NCBI GenBank assembly: GCA_963665095.1
Contig: OY762069.1
Span: 2,240,001 to 2,304,000 of the forward strand
Reading direction: 5' to 3'
DNA length: 64,000 nucleotides
Source of the DNA: an uncultured Desulfobacter sp.
Lineage (GTDB): Bacteria > Desulfobacterota > Desulfobacteria > Desulfobacterales > Desulfobacteraceae
Of the stretch, positions 33,163-43,453 are shown piece after piece. Within the stretch, counting starts at the first letter, position 1, and each line of letters opens with the position of its first letter. Below the pieces are notes generated by a model, which saw nothing but the letters and a program-made list of their open reading frames with translations, did no database searches and was not told the origin of the DNA. The translations under genes were made by a program, and so were the position numbers.

Positions 33163-34743
33163 ATGACTTCAGCCGGCACGTTTAAAAAAATCGGATTTGC
33201 TTCCTTTATCATGATGGCATCGGTATTTGCCAGCAGGGTGATTGGCCTTGTCCGGGAAACCGCCATCGCCTGGATGGGTGGCGCCAGTGCCGGGGTTGAT
33301 GCCTACCAGGTCGCATTTGTCATTCCTGAAATTTTAAACCATATTGTGGCATCAGGTTTTTTATCCATCACTTTTATTCCCATTTTTACCGCTTACCTTG
33401 TCCGGGAAAAGGAGAAGGAAGGGTTCAGGGTATTTTCCATTATTTTCAACTGCTTTGGTTCCGGTCTGTCTGTTTTCATCGTGCTGTCCATTTTATTTGC
33501 CCCGGAACTGATCCGGATACTTGCCCCGGGCATAACAGACAGCGCAGCATTTGACCTTGCCGTTCGCATGACACGAATTATCATTCCAGCCCAGTTCTTC
33601 TTTTTTGCGGGCGGACTGTTTAATGCCATCCAGTTTTCAAAGGAGCGGTTTCTCTTTCCGGCGTTAGGTCCTTTGATTTACAACACCGGCATTATCCTGG
33701 GCGGCGTGCTTTTATATCCGCTCATGGGAATGGAAGGGTTTGCCTGGGGGGTACTGCTCGGCGCGTTTTGCGGCAGTTTTCTGCTCCAGCTGTTTGGCGC
33801 CCGGAAAGCAGGGCTGACCTATGTACCAAGTTTCAATTTCAAACATCCGGATATGATCAGATATGTGCTGTTGACCCTGCCGCTGATGGTAGGGCTCACC
33901 ATGACATTTTCCACGGAAATCCTGATGAAATTCTTTGGCTCGTTTTTAAGTGAAGGAAGTATTTCCGCCATGAATTATGCCCTTCGCATCATGTTTATCC
34001 TGGTGGGACTGTTTGGCCAGGCTGTGGGTGTGGCATCCTACCCGTTCATGGCAAAAATTGCCGCAGAAAATGACCTGTCAGGCCTGAACCGCATCATCAA
34101 CCAGACACTGAAATATATCTTTATCGTCATGCCCTTTTCCGTATTGTTCATGGTGCTGAACAAAGAGGTGGTGGCAGTCCTGTTCCAGCGCGGGGCCTTT
34201 GATGCCCATGATGCCGCACTGACATCCGGGGTTCTTCCCTTTTTCATGGCAGGCGCCTTTGCCTTTTCCGCCCAGACCATTGTGTCCCGGGGATTTTTTG
34301 CCATCCAGAACACCTTGTTCCCCGCCCTTTTTTCATCAGTCTGCGTGCTGCTCAGTCTGCCGCTGCTCTATCTGGCCATGGCCACCATGGGCATTAAAGG
34401 CGTGGCACTAGGACTGTCTTTATCCGTTATCCTGAGCACAGCTGCCCTGTTTGAAGTCTGGAACCGGAAAACCGGAAATAGTGACAAGTCAGGGGTGTAT
34501 AAATTTTTTCTGGTAATGGTGCTGGTCAGTATCGCAGCCTGGGTGGTTCTGAAAGGCGCCTATACCGCTATTGTCCTGGTCATCCCCGCCCGGGGGATCC
34601 TGCCGGACATCTCAGTCTGCGTCCTGGTAGGATCTATTTTTCTGGGATTTCTGGGAGGCATCGGCAAAATCTTCAATATCAGGGAAATCAACAGCCTGTA
34701 TGTCAGGATTCTTACCAAAACCCGCCTTAAAAAGAATCGTTGA
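33163..34743 (+). CDS. murJ: Lipid II flippase MurJ
   Basis: SRVIGLVRE, DAYQVAFVIPE and LFQRGAF motifs; about 14 TMs. Confidence 0.92.
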   Translation: MTSAGTFKKIGFASFIMMASVFASRVIGLVRETAIAWMGGASAGVDAYQVAFVIPEILNHIVASGFLSITFIPIFTAYLVREKEKEGFRVFSIIFNCFGSGLSVFIVLSILFAPELIRILAPGITDSAAFDLAVRMTRIIIPAQFFFFAGGLFNAIQFSKERFLFPALGPLIYNTGIILGGVLLYPLMGMEGFAWGVLLGAFCGSFLLQLFGARKAGLTYVPSFNFKHPDMIRYVLLTLPLMVGLTMTFSTEILMKFFGSFLSEGSISAMNYALRIMFILVGLFGQAVGVASYPFMAKIAAENDLSGLNRIINQTLKYIFIVMPFSVLFMVLNKEVVAVLFQRGAFDAHDAALTSGVLPFFMAGAFAFSAQTIVSRGFFAIQNTLFPALFSSVCVLLSLPLLYLAMATMGIKGVALGLSLSVILSTAALFEVWNRKTGNSDKSGVYKFFLVMVLVSIAAWVVLKGAYTAIVLVIPARGILPDISVCVLVGSIFLGFLGGIGKIFNIREINSLYVRILTKTRLKKNR

Positions 34744-34830
34744 CTCATTTCTGGACGCTTGAGTAACTAATGTTATTTAGTTCTCCAACAACTTAATTAA
34801 TACATTAAACAGATTCCTAAAAACAAATAA

Positions 34831-35091
34831 TCAGGCACTTTGGGAATCAACATAATCCTGGAGAACATTATTGATTTCAGTCTGCCAGCCTTTACCACGT
34901 GCTTTGAAAAAATCCAAAATCTCAGGGTCGAGTCGGATGGTGGTCGATTTTTTCGGGTTGGCCTTCTTTGGACGGCCTTGTTTTACAAGTCCCTGTAGTT
35001 CGGGAAAATCGCTTATATGCTTCATTGATTTAAAGTTTTGGGTGGTCATTTCTCTGACTTCCCCGGATTCATTTGTTAAAGACTTGTTCAT
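34831..35091 (-). CDS. BrnA-family antitoxin
   Basis: GRPKKANPKKSTTIRLDPEILDFFKARGKGWQTEINNVL. Confidence 0.9.
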   Translation of the reverse strand: MNKSLTNESGEVREMTTQNFKSMKHISDFPELQGLVKQGRPKKANPKKSTTIRLDPEILDFFKARGKGWQTEINNVLQDYVDSQSA

Positions 35092-35161
35092 ATCTCTTAA
35101 CCTCCCGTTTATTTGCTTTTCGAAAACTTATAACCCTTATGCCACCTTCAATGTGATAGGA
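35069..35161 (-). pseudogene. 3' remnant of a BrnT toxin gene truncated by CRISPR array 1
   Basis: Minus strand reads ...HIEGGIRVISFRKANKREVKRYEQVFNK*, overlapping the brnA start; the 5' part is replaced by the repeat at 35162. Confidence 0.8.
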
Positions 35162-36627
35162 GTCTCAATCCTCTCTAATCGAGGCATTCGTTCTGACCGT
35201 ATGCTACGAGTACTTCGGGCTTGAGCCTGATTAGTCTCAATCCTCTCTAATCGAGGCATTCGTTCTGACACATCACGTATGTTGACATACAGCCTATCGC
35301 CCTTGTCTCAATCCTCTCTAATCGAGGCATTCGTTCTGACCAATCCAAATCCAGTTGCAGTTGAGATTGCACAGAGTCTCAATCCTCTCTAATCGAGGCA
35401 TTCGTTCTGACCAGTCGAGGAGTTCGTTAAGGAAGGCCGAGAGTTGGTCTCAATCCTCTCTAATCGAGGCATTCGTTCTGACACAAAAATAAAATAAGGA
35501 GTTACGAAAAATGAAAAAGTCTCAATCCTCTCTAATCGAGGCATTCGTTCTGACGCTGACGAAAAAGCTGCTAAGTTCTAAACAATCACTGTCTCAATCC
35601 TCTCTAATCGAGGCATTCGTTCTGACTTACACCTATGAAGGCGTATCGTTACAACAAACTAGTCTCAATCCTCTCTAATCGAGGCATTCGTTCTGACCAA
35701 ACAGGAGCAGCAGCATGAACGAGTTTTTTGATGTCTCAATCCTCTCTAATCGAGGCATTCGTTCTGACCCAGCAGAGGAGTCCTGGTTCTTTGAGGCGGT
35801 AGGAGTCTCAATCCTCTCTAATCGAGGCATTCGTTCTGACCTACTTCTTGAAAAAAGCTAATCGCGATGAAAGACGAGTCTCAATCCTCTCTAATCGAGG
35901 CATTCGTTCTGACGGTGCTGAATTATTGAAAAGGAAAGATGTCCACAAGTCTCAATCCTCTCTAATCGAGGCATTCGTTCTGACAGTAAGGAGAAAAAAC
36001 ATGAAAACTTCCACCAGAAGTCTCAATCCTCTCTAATCGAGGCATTCGTTCTGACTTTGTGATATCTTTGGGAACTAAATTTAAAGGGGAAGTCTCAATC
36101 CTCTCTAATCGAGGCATTCGTTCTGACGTCTTACCAGAACCAGGAGGGCCATAGAACAAAAGATGTCTCAATCCTCTCTAATCGAGGCATTCGTTCTGAC
36201 CACTTGACGCTGTTAAAGCGGTGTTAGGCTGTGATAGGTCTCAATCCTCTCTAATCGAGGCATTCGTTCTGACTAAAAACAATGCTTGCAGAGGAGGCGA
36301 CAAATGATGTCTCAATCCTCTCTAATCGAGGCATTCGTTCTGACAAAGCTGAAATCAACGCGAAAAACAGAGCGGAAATGTCTCAATCCTCTCTAATCGA
36401 GGCATTCGTTCTGACTCCCGCAAAGGACGAACCATAAAAAAGGTTTTGTGTCTCAATCCTCTCTAATCGAGGCATTCGTTCTGACACATGAGTGGCTGTA
36501 TTAGCTGTCGTGGTCTATACGTCTCAATCCTCTCTAATCGAGGCATTCGTTCTGACACATCAGAAAGAGTTGATTGATACGCTGCGTAAATGTCTCAATC
36601 CTCTCTAATCGAGGCATTCGTTCTGAC
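35162..36627 (-). CRISPR. CRISPR array 1: 21 identical 36-bp repeats, 20 spacers of 34-37 bp
   Basis: Repeat (minus strand) GTCAGAACGAATGCCTCGATTAGAGAGGATTGAGAC; CCTC/GAGG hairpin and ATTGAGAC 8-nt handle; leader on the right. Confidence 0.98.
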
Positions 36628-36866
36628 TCTGGGTATCTGGACGCCTTGTCCCCCAAGGGTTTCCAGGGGCGTTTTGACGGACCTGGGCGTTTTTCGGGGT
36701 TTGGAAAAAAATGTAACAGTCCAATCGGGCCGTTTTAAAGGCTAATTGTTTAATTTTATTAATCATATCAATTTGACGGACCTCTTTTACTTTTTCAGAA
36801 GGTGATCCGGCGCTCTTTCAACGGTTTCTTTAACCGCATGAAACACAAATTGCCAAAGAACACCAT
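36628..36866 (-). promoter_or_regulatory. CRISPR leader 1
   Basis: Shares blocks with leader 2 (TCTGGGTATCTG, TTTTGACGGACCT, TTTTCGGGGTTTGGAAAAAA, ACAAATTGYCAAAGA). Confidence 0.85.
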
Positions 36867-37886
36867 TTAATTCAAAAACCCTGCTGGTTGGTATCCCTGC
36901 CCGGGGTCCAGAAGATAGTCCGCAAAGGAGCGGACCTGGGCCTGGACAGTACGGCGGTATGAGGACGGCCCTCTCATTAACTCCTCATACGCGGAAATAA
37001 ATGTCCGGTAGAGGTGGGGCTTCATCTCCACAGGCCGTCTCTTTTCCATCTCCTGCTCATCGGCAAAGGTTTTAACTTTATCTTCCCGATAATGAAAATC
37101 TTCAGGCGTGACCATTTTGCGGTTGAGCAGGTTCAAAACAAACCGGTCACCGATCATGCACCGGTATTCTTCAACCAGATCGCAGGCCAGGGACGGGCGG
37201 CCATAGGCAATCTCGTGCAGGGTGCCCATATAAGGATCCAGGCCACAACTTTTTATTGCGGATATCACTTCATTTGTCAACAACGTATAAACAAAGGAAA
37301 GCAGTGCATTGACCGGGTCTTTGGGCGGCCGCCGGTTCCGGTTGGGGAAATGGAATCCGGGATTGCGTATCAGCAGATTAAACACACTGAAATAAATCCG
37401 GGTACCGGCGCCTTCAACCCCCCGGACAACATCGGGGTCACACGCCCTGTCCAGTGTGCCGGACAGTGATTTCAAGGCAGCAGCCGCCGCCTTAAGCTTA
37501 TCCTCTTTATAATCCCGCCCCCGCCGGGCCAGAAACTGGGACATATTCTTCAACTTCCCATGGACAAGTATTTTCATCACCCCCAGTTTGAAGGCCGGCT
37601 CATCAAGCTTGAGGTACTGGGCTTTTCTCAAGGCCACATGCTTGTGCTCGTCCACCATCAGCCGGGCACGGAAGCGGCCGGTGGGCGTCAGAAACACGGT
37701 CTCCACCCGTTGCCGGATCAGATAGTCCATGACCGGGCCGCTCAAAGAGATGTTCCCGGTGAGCACCAGTTTGTCCAGACCCTTGGCCGGCAGGGTATCC
37801 AGGGTCTGCCCCTGCTTTGCAACCACCAGGCTGTCCCCGTTTTTCCGGATATAGGCCCCCTGCCAGGCCACATAAATGGTTTCCAT
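36867..37886 (-). CDS. cas1: CRISPR-associated endonuclease Cas1
   Basis: RGVEGAG, RNRRPPKDPVNALLSFVY, LH, SLACDLVEEYR motifs. Confidence 0.95.
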   Translation of the reverse strand: METIYVAWQGAYIRKNGDSLVVAKQGQTLDTLPAKGLDKLVLTGNISLSGPVMDYLIRQRVETVFLTPTGRFRARLMVDEHKHVALRKAQYLKLDEPAFKLGVMKILVHGKLKNMSQFLARRGRDYKEDKLKAAAAALKSLSGTLDRACDPDVVRGVEGAGTRIYFSVFNLLIRNPGFHFPNRNRRPPKDPVNALLSFVYTLLTNEVISAIKSCGLDPYMGTLHEIAYGRPSLACDLVEEYRCMIGDRFVLNLLNRKMVTPEDFHYREDKVKTFADEQEMEKRRPVEMKPHLYRTFISAYEELMRGPSSYRRTVQAQVRSFADYLLDPGQGYQPAGFLN

Positions 37887-37900
37887 GGAAAGGCTCCTGC

Positions 37901-39547
37901 CTATTTCAAAAATTTTTCAAGCTGGATAAGCGCTGTTTTCATGTTCTCCACAGCATCGCTCAAATTCTCTATCTTTTCTGACTTCCGGGTGCCCTCCTTT
38001 GCCACATTAGCCCATGATGCAAGATGGATCAGCGGATGAAGGTACCCGGTCTCATCCGGCTCAAGCCGGCAATATTCCCGGTCATACCCGGTGAGCGAAT
38101 GAATCCGCCGGCAGCCCAGGGGCGTGCCCCGAACGCGGCTGAGTTTATAATCCACCATGTGGGGGTTATACCCGTTTGCCCCGGACATCAGATAGTGCAC
38201 CATCCGCTTTGCTCCGGGCAGAAACCCCAGGGTCTGAAATATGATTTTCTCTTCTCTGGCCGCCAGGGTGCGGCGCTCGCGGACCAGGACGAACAGACGC
38301 CCCAGGGCAGGACACTTTCTTTCCAGTTCGAACAGCTCAGGAATTTTTTCATTAAGCGCCGCCATTTCCGGATGCATGATCAGCCGGGCCTCGGCAACTC
38401 TGTCAGCCCCGGTTTTTATCATGTCCGGCTTTGATCTGGCCACGGTATTCAGGAATCTGAGCTGGGCATCCACCGCCTTTCCCGGGCAGTCCGGGAAAAA
38501 GGAACGCTGACCGGTCAGCCGGTGAATGCCCAGGGGCAGTTTGACCAGGTTGCCAAGGCCCTTTCCGGACAGATGGTCCTGCTTGGGAAACACCTCCAGG
38601 CTGAAACAGGTCAGGTCCGGAGCCAGTGTGTCACAGATCCCGGACAGGGCTTTGCGGATCAGGCCGGCCGGCACAGGAGATTCCATGAAAAACCAGAAGT
38701 GATATCCCTTGCCCCCGCTGAATTCCACCACCGGAAACAGCCCAAGCGGTCCGGATGCCTCACTGATCCGTGCCGCCATATATGCCCGGTCCTTCCTGAT
38801 ATTGGATTTTGCTTTTGCATCCAGGGTCGCATGCCGCAGGTCAGGCACAAGATCGGCGTCTATCACCCCGCATTTCACCCGGGAATCGGTATCCATAAGA
38901 TAGAAGCCATAGGTCCTGGCCCCCTTGAAATGATCTTCCACATCCTCGCCGGTCATGGGCCGCCGGACCGGCACGTAACCGGCACTTTTTTTCTGCCGGT
39001 CCGCCCACTGCCGGGCAAAAAGATCGGGCCGGCCCAGAAAAAGCGCCATGAAATTTGAAACAAGGCCCTGCCTTTCATGCATCTGCTCAAACGGGGCAAA
39101 CGAGGCCTTCAGCCCATTTGCTCCGACCTGCTCGTGGTTCAAAGCCGGCCCACCCGGCCTGATCCAGGACAGGACCCGGTCCTTGCCCAGATTCATGCCG
39201 GCCTGCTGAACAGCGGCGGCCAGCGCCTCCTTTCTGTCCAGGATGTCCAGCAGTTCAATGCGGGCTTTCCATGCCGGTTCAGACCCGGGATGCTTTCCGG
39301 CCAGATCTTTGTATATATCCAGGGCCGTATCCATGCAGCCTGCGATCTGGGCTATCCCGGCCCACGCCATGGCCTGCTCAGGGGTCAACTGTTCCCAGAT
39401 CTGCCTTTTTTCAAGGACCCTGCGGCATTTCAGATTCTCATTATCCTTGAGTACCGCCGCCTCAAGCTGCCGCACCAGAAGGGTGTAATCCGCACTGCCG
39501 TGAACGGTCCGGGGGTCTGTTTTCAGGGACGATTTCATATCTGACAT
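37901..39547 (-). CDS. CRISPR-associated primase-polymerase (CAPP): TPR-like N-terminus + AEP domain + Cys-containing C-terminal domain
   Basis: AEP motifs IDAD, EFSGGKGYHFW, FPKQD and GNLVKLPLG; directly upstream of cas1; likely start 39547 (track start overlaps the TPR gene). Confidence 0.85.
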   Translation of the reverse strand: MSDMKSSLKTDPRTVHGSADYTLLVRQLEAAVLKDNENLKCRRVLEKRQIWEQLTPEQAMAWAGIAQIAGCMDTALDIYKDLAGKHPGSEPAWKARIELLDILDRKEALAAAVQQAGMNLGKDRVLSWIRPGGPALNHEQVGANGLKASFAPFEQMHERQGLVSNFMALFLGRPDLFARQWADRQKKSAGYVPVRRPMTGEDVEDHFKGARTYGFYLMDTDSRVKCGVIDADLVPDLRHATLDAKAKSNIRKDRAYMAARISEASGPLGLFPVVEFSGGKGYHFWFFMESPVPAGLIRKALSGICDTLAPDLTCFSLEVFPKQDHLSGKGLGNLVKLPLGIHRLTGQRSFFPDCPGKAVDAQLRFLNTVARSKPDMIKTGADRVAEARLIMHPEMAALNEKIPELFELERKCPALGRLFVLVRERRTLAAREEKIIFQTLGFLPGAKRMVHYLMSGANGYNPHMVDYKLSRVRGTPLGCRRIHSLTGYDREYCRLEPDETGYLHPLIHLASWANVAKEGTRKSEKIENLSDAVENMKTALIQLEKFLK

Positions 39548-39572
39548 CCAAGGTTTTCCGCCAAAGGCTGTT

Positions 39573-40949
39573 TTAATTTGATTGGTTTCGGACCATGGCC
39601 CGGAGCCGGTCCAGTTTCGGGTAAAACCGGCATGAGGATTCAAGCTCACTTAAAAGCTGGTCTGCTTTATCAACCTGCCCGGCTTTAAAGGCCAGAAAAC
39701 TTTGCCAGAACAGCCCCTCATAAAAGACATTGCCAAAGGTCCGGCTGAAAAACTGACAGGCCTTGTCCGCACAGGTCATGCCGGCGGCCCAGTCCCCCCG
39801 GGTGTATTCAATTTTGGCCAGGCGGATCAGGCTGACATGGCGGGATCTTGAATCCCTTTCACACACCTGTTCAAGGATCTGCCGGGCCTTGTCAAACCGG
39901 CCGGCCGTGCACAGCACATCGGCCTCGGTCCAGCGGTAGTAGGGCCGCCGGAACCGTTCCGGAATCCCGTCAATGGTCTCCTGTGCCTTGTCCGGCTTAC
40001 CCAGAGCAAGGTATGTCCGGGCCAGAAGCTCATGGATAAAATCCTTTGACGCGCCTTTCCCGCTGCTTTGAAGGGCAAACAGCAACGCGTTTTTGGCGTC
40101 ATCAAACCGGTCCAGCTGAAAATGGATTTTACCCAGTGCAAAGTATTTAAACGCCAGGCTGATGTACTGGGTCTGCTCATCCTGCTGGAGGCAGAGCGAA
40201 ATCCGTTCCAGGGCTTTCCCGCCGTTCCCGGCTGCCAGCAGCAGGCTTGCCGACCGGTACACGGATTTGATGTAGTTTTTCTTCTCCTGGTGGCGGTCAG
40301 ACCGCTGCGCATCAGAAAGCGTTTCCCAGTTGGCCACAGCCTTTTCAAACTGCTCAAGACCGGGGTTTGGCTTATTCTCTATCTGAGAAAAAAGCATGCC
40401 CCGGCGGTAAAAACAGGTCACACCGTCAGGCCGCAGCTCCTGGGCTTTTTTAAAATGCGCATGGGCCAGGGCGATCCGATCCGCTTTTGCCTTGCCGGCC
40501 AGAAACATTTTTTTGTTCTTTGCCTCATACAGGCTGTTGTATGCGGTGTATGCAAGTGATGAACGGGACAAAAAATTATCCGGTTCCGCATCCACACAGA
40601 TCTCAAGCTCTTTGATGGCCTCATCAAACCGCCCGAGCTGCCCCAGGGCAAAAGCCAGCTTCCGGCGCACCTGAACAGCCGCATCGGCCCGGACCAGGTC
40701 CGGCAGTTTTTCTTCAACCGGATGGTAAAGACCAACAATATCGTCCCAGCGCGCACCCTTTTCCAGGGCATCAATATCTGCCAGCACACCATTCCTGGTT
40801 TTCTTGATGTACTGCCCCTTTTCAACGCCGAAAAGTTCCTGATCCGAGAACAGTTCCGCCTGAACAGCGTTGGAAACCGATTTTTCCGAAACAGGTTCCA
40901 CTGTCTGCACGGACCCGATAATTCTTGCTGCTGTCTGAAGTGTCGCCAT
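39573..40949 (-). CDS. Tetratricopeptide-repeat protein co-oriented with CAPP and cas1
   Basis: Multiple TPR-like units (LAFALGQLGRFDEAIKEL, LGKIHFQLDRFDDAK); AAGGAGG before ATG 40947-40949. Confidence 0.8.
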   Translation of the reverse strand: MATLQTAARIIGSVQTVEPVSEKSVSNAVQAELFSDQELFGVEKGQYIKKTRNGVLADIDALEKGARWDDIVGLYHPVEEKLPDLVRADAAVQVRRKLAFALGQLGRFDEAIKELEICVDAEPDNFLSRSSLAYTAYNSLYEAKNKKMFLAGKAKADRIALAHAHFKKAQELRPDGVTCFYRRGMLFSQIENKPNPGLEQFEKAVANWETLSDAQRSDRHQEKKNYIKSVYRSASLLLAAGNGGKALERISLCLQQDEQTQYISLAFKYFALGKIHFQLDRFDDAKNALLFALQSSGKGASKDFIHELLARTYLALGKPDKAQETIDGIPERFRRPYYRWTEADVLCTAGRFDKARQILEQVCERDSRSRHVSLIRLAKIEYTRGDWAAGMTCADKACQFFSRTFGNVFYEGLFWQSFLAFKAGQVDKADQLLSELESSCRFYPKLDRLRAMVRNQSN

Positions 40950-41340
40950 GAGTGCCTCCTTTAAATTGCCTGTTTTCTGACACATACTACGGAGACGAAT
41001 TCATAATTTTTAAATTTCAGGCTCAAAAAATCTTAAATATTACAACGCAATATCAGGGTGATGTCGCCATGCTGTCAAAGGCGGCACCGGAAGAAACCTT
41101 GAAGCTGTCCTGCCATGCACGATACCCCCCCCTTCCAGCCTTCCTGTCCATATTGACTTCTTTTTTCCCTTTTAATAGGATGCGCAATGATCTGATACCA
41201 CCATGATTTCTTCCCGGCGGCACCAATGGTGAAAGTTCTGGTTAAAGCCTGACCGCCGGGGGATTGGCCGGCCGGCAGAATACCGCCTGCAAAAGAATCG
41301 GGAACTCTTTTTACTGCATTTGTTGAAACGGGATTGAGAC

Positions 41341-43449
41341 ATGAGACAGCAAGCGGAAACACATCTGAAAACAGCACTGAATAATACGGCGGCCTCGTTT
41401 CGGGACGGCCAGTGGGAAAGCATTGAACAACTTTTATTTAGGAACCGTGTCCTTGTGGTGCAGCGTACCGGCTGGGGGAAAAGCATGGTCTATTTTCTTG
41501 CCGCAAAGCTGCTGCGTGAACAGGGTGCGGGCCCCACACTTTTAATATCTCCGTTGCTGTCGCTCATGCGCAACCAGCTGGAAGCAGCAGAGCGGATCGG
41601 CGTGACAGGCCGTACCATCAACAGTACAAACAGTGACCAGTGGGACCGGATCCGTAAAGAACTTTTCGCCGACCAGGTGAATGTTCTGTTAATCTCACCG
41701 GAACGACTGGGGAATGATGAGTTCCGTAAGACCATCCTGGCAAATATGACCGGCAATATCGGACTGTTTGTAATTGACGAAGCCCACTGTATCTCTGACT
41801 GGGGCCATGATTTCAGGCCGGACTACCGTAGAATTGTGCGTGTACTGCAGGCGCTGCCATCCAACGTGCCGGTGCTGGCGACCACGGCCACGGCAAACAA
41901 CCGGGTGGTGAATGATATCAAATCACAGCTTGGCGAAAATATCATTTTGCAAAGAGGGTCACTGGTCCGAAAAAGCCTTAAACTGCAGAATATAAACTTG
42001 CCAAGTCCTGCAGCCCGAATGGCATGGCTGGCACAGACCATTCCGGCACTGCCCGGCAGCGGCATCGTCTATACGCTCACCCAGCGCGATGCCGAGCGTG
42101 TAACCGAATGGCTCAGGGCCAATAAAATTAAAGCCGGCGTTTATCATGCCGGCATTGCAAACCAGGCAGATGACAGTTGCGTCAAAGAAGCGCGGGAACA
42201 GCAGCTCCTGAATAACGAAATCAAGGTGCTGGTGGCAACAGTGGCCCTTGGTATGGGATTTGACAAGCCGGACCTTGGATTTGTCATTCATTTTCAACGC
42301 CCGGCATCTGTTGTCCACTATTATCAGCAGGTGGGACGCGCCGGTCGTGCGGTTGATGAAGCTTACGGCATCCTGTTGTGCGGAGAAGAGGATGACCAGA
42401 TTGCCGACTATTTCATACAAAATGCGTTTCCGCCCCAAAAGCATGTCTCTCAGATATTAAATACGCTGGATACCTCGGACGCAGGACTTTCAGTCCCGGA
42501 AATACAGCGGGCGCTGAACCTGCGCAAGAACCAGATTGAGAAGACCATTAAATTTCTGACCATTGAATCTCCATCACCGGTGACAAAAACCGGCTCAAAA
42601 TGGCAGGTAACGGCCGCGGCCCATGCGTATCAGGTCGATCAGGCCTACGTGGATGCCATCACCCGCATCAGACGGGAAGAACAGCAGCAGATGCGCGACT
42701 ACATGGAACATGCCGGCTGCCTGATGGCGTTTTTGCAGGCAGCCCTGGATGATCCCTGTGCCACGGCTTGCGGCCAGTGCAGAAACTGCCGCCCGGACCT
42801 GCTTTTAGATGAAACCTTTGACGCGGATCTGGCCAACCGGGCAGCCCTTTTTCTGCGCAGAAGTTATCAGCCAATTCTGCCAAGAAAGAGGTGGCCGGGC
42901 TCAAATATGTTTACGCAATCCCCATTGACCGGATATAATATCCCACCGGGTCAGCAGGCCGGGGAAGGCCGTGCATTGAGCCTGTGGCGGGATGCCGGGT
43001 GGGGAGAGCTTGTTGCGCAAGGCAAATACCGGGACAACCGGTTTGCCGACGAACTGGTGGCGGCCTGTGTTGAGATGCTGCAGGTCTGGAAACCGGGGCC
43101 TGCCCCTGTATGGGTTGCCTGTATTCCCTCATTGAACCGCCCTGATCTGGTCCCTGATTTTGCCGCACGGCTGGCCAACGCAGCAGGACTGCCGTTTGTT
43201 TCCTGCATCCAGAAAGCCAGAGCAAACAGACAGCAAAAAGAGATGGAGAACAACTATCAGCAGGCGAAAAATTTAGATGGCGCTTTCAAGCTGACTATCG
43301 AGCCGGGGAGCTGGGGGCCATGCCTGCTCATTGACGATGTTGTAGATTCCGGGTGGACATTTACCGTGGCATCGGCTTTACTGCGCCAGGCGGGCTGCGC
43401 TGCCGTGTATCCCATGGCACTGGCCCTGAATCGCCAGAAAATGGATTAG
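41341..43449 (+). CDS. RecQ-like helicase with C-terminal PRTase (ComF-like) domain, RqlH-like
   Basis: QRTGWGKS, DEAHCISDWGHDFRPDY, QQVGRAGR, CGQCRNC; PRPP loop LLIDDVVDSGWT. Confidence 0.9.
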   Translation: MRQQAETHLKTALNNTAASFRDGQWESIEQLLFRNRVLVVQRTGWGKSMVYFLAAKLLREQGAGPTLLISPLLSLMRNQLEAAERIGVTGRTINSTNSDQWDRIRKELFADQVNVLLISPERLGNDEFRKTILANMTGNIGLFVIDEAHCISDWGHDFRPDYRRIVRVLQALPSNVPVLATTATANNRVVNDIKSQLGENIILQRGSLVRKSLKLQNINLPSPAARMAWLAQTIPALPGSGIVYTLTQRDAERVTEWLRANKIKAGVYHAGIANQADDSCVKEAREQQLLNNEIKVLVATVALGMGFDKPDLGFVIHFQRPASVVHYYQQVGRAGRAVDEAYGILLCGEEDDQIADYFIQNAFPPQKHVSQILNTLDTSDAGLSVPEIQRALNLRKNQIEKTIKFLTIESPSPVTKTGSKWQVTAAAHAYQVDQAYVDAITRIRREEQQQMRDYMEHAGCLMAFLQAALDDPCATACGQCRNCRPDLLLDETFDADLANRAALFLRRSYQPILPRKRWPGSNMFTQSPLTGYNIPPGQQAGEGRALSLWRDAGWGELVAQGKYRDNRFADELVAACVEMLQVWKPGPAPVWVACIPSLNRPDLVPDFAARLANAAGLPFVSCIQKARANRQQKEMENNYQQAKNLDGAFKLTIEPGSWGPCLLIDDVVDSGWTFTVASALLRQAGCAAVYPMALALNRQKMD

Positions 43450-43453
43450 CAAG

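Noticed and set aside
35848..36171. Short ORFs within array 1 (likewise 52293-53656 in array 2)
   Set aside because: Translations of repeats (SQSSLIEA, PRLERIET); not genes
36867..37886. Reverse transcriptase-Cas1 fusion explaining RNA-like spacers
   Set aside because: Cas1 is stand-alone (339 aa) and no YADD-type RT is seen in the window
41331..41340. GGATTGAGAC, identical to the repeat 3' end, immediately before the recQ ATG
   Set aside because: Only 10 nt with no CCTC/GAGG hairpin or further repeat similarity; compatible with chance or an RBS
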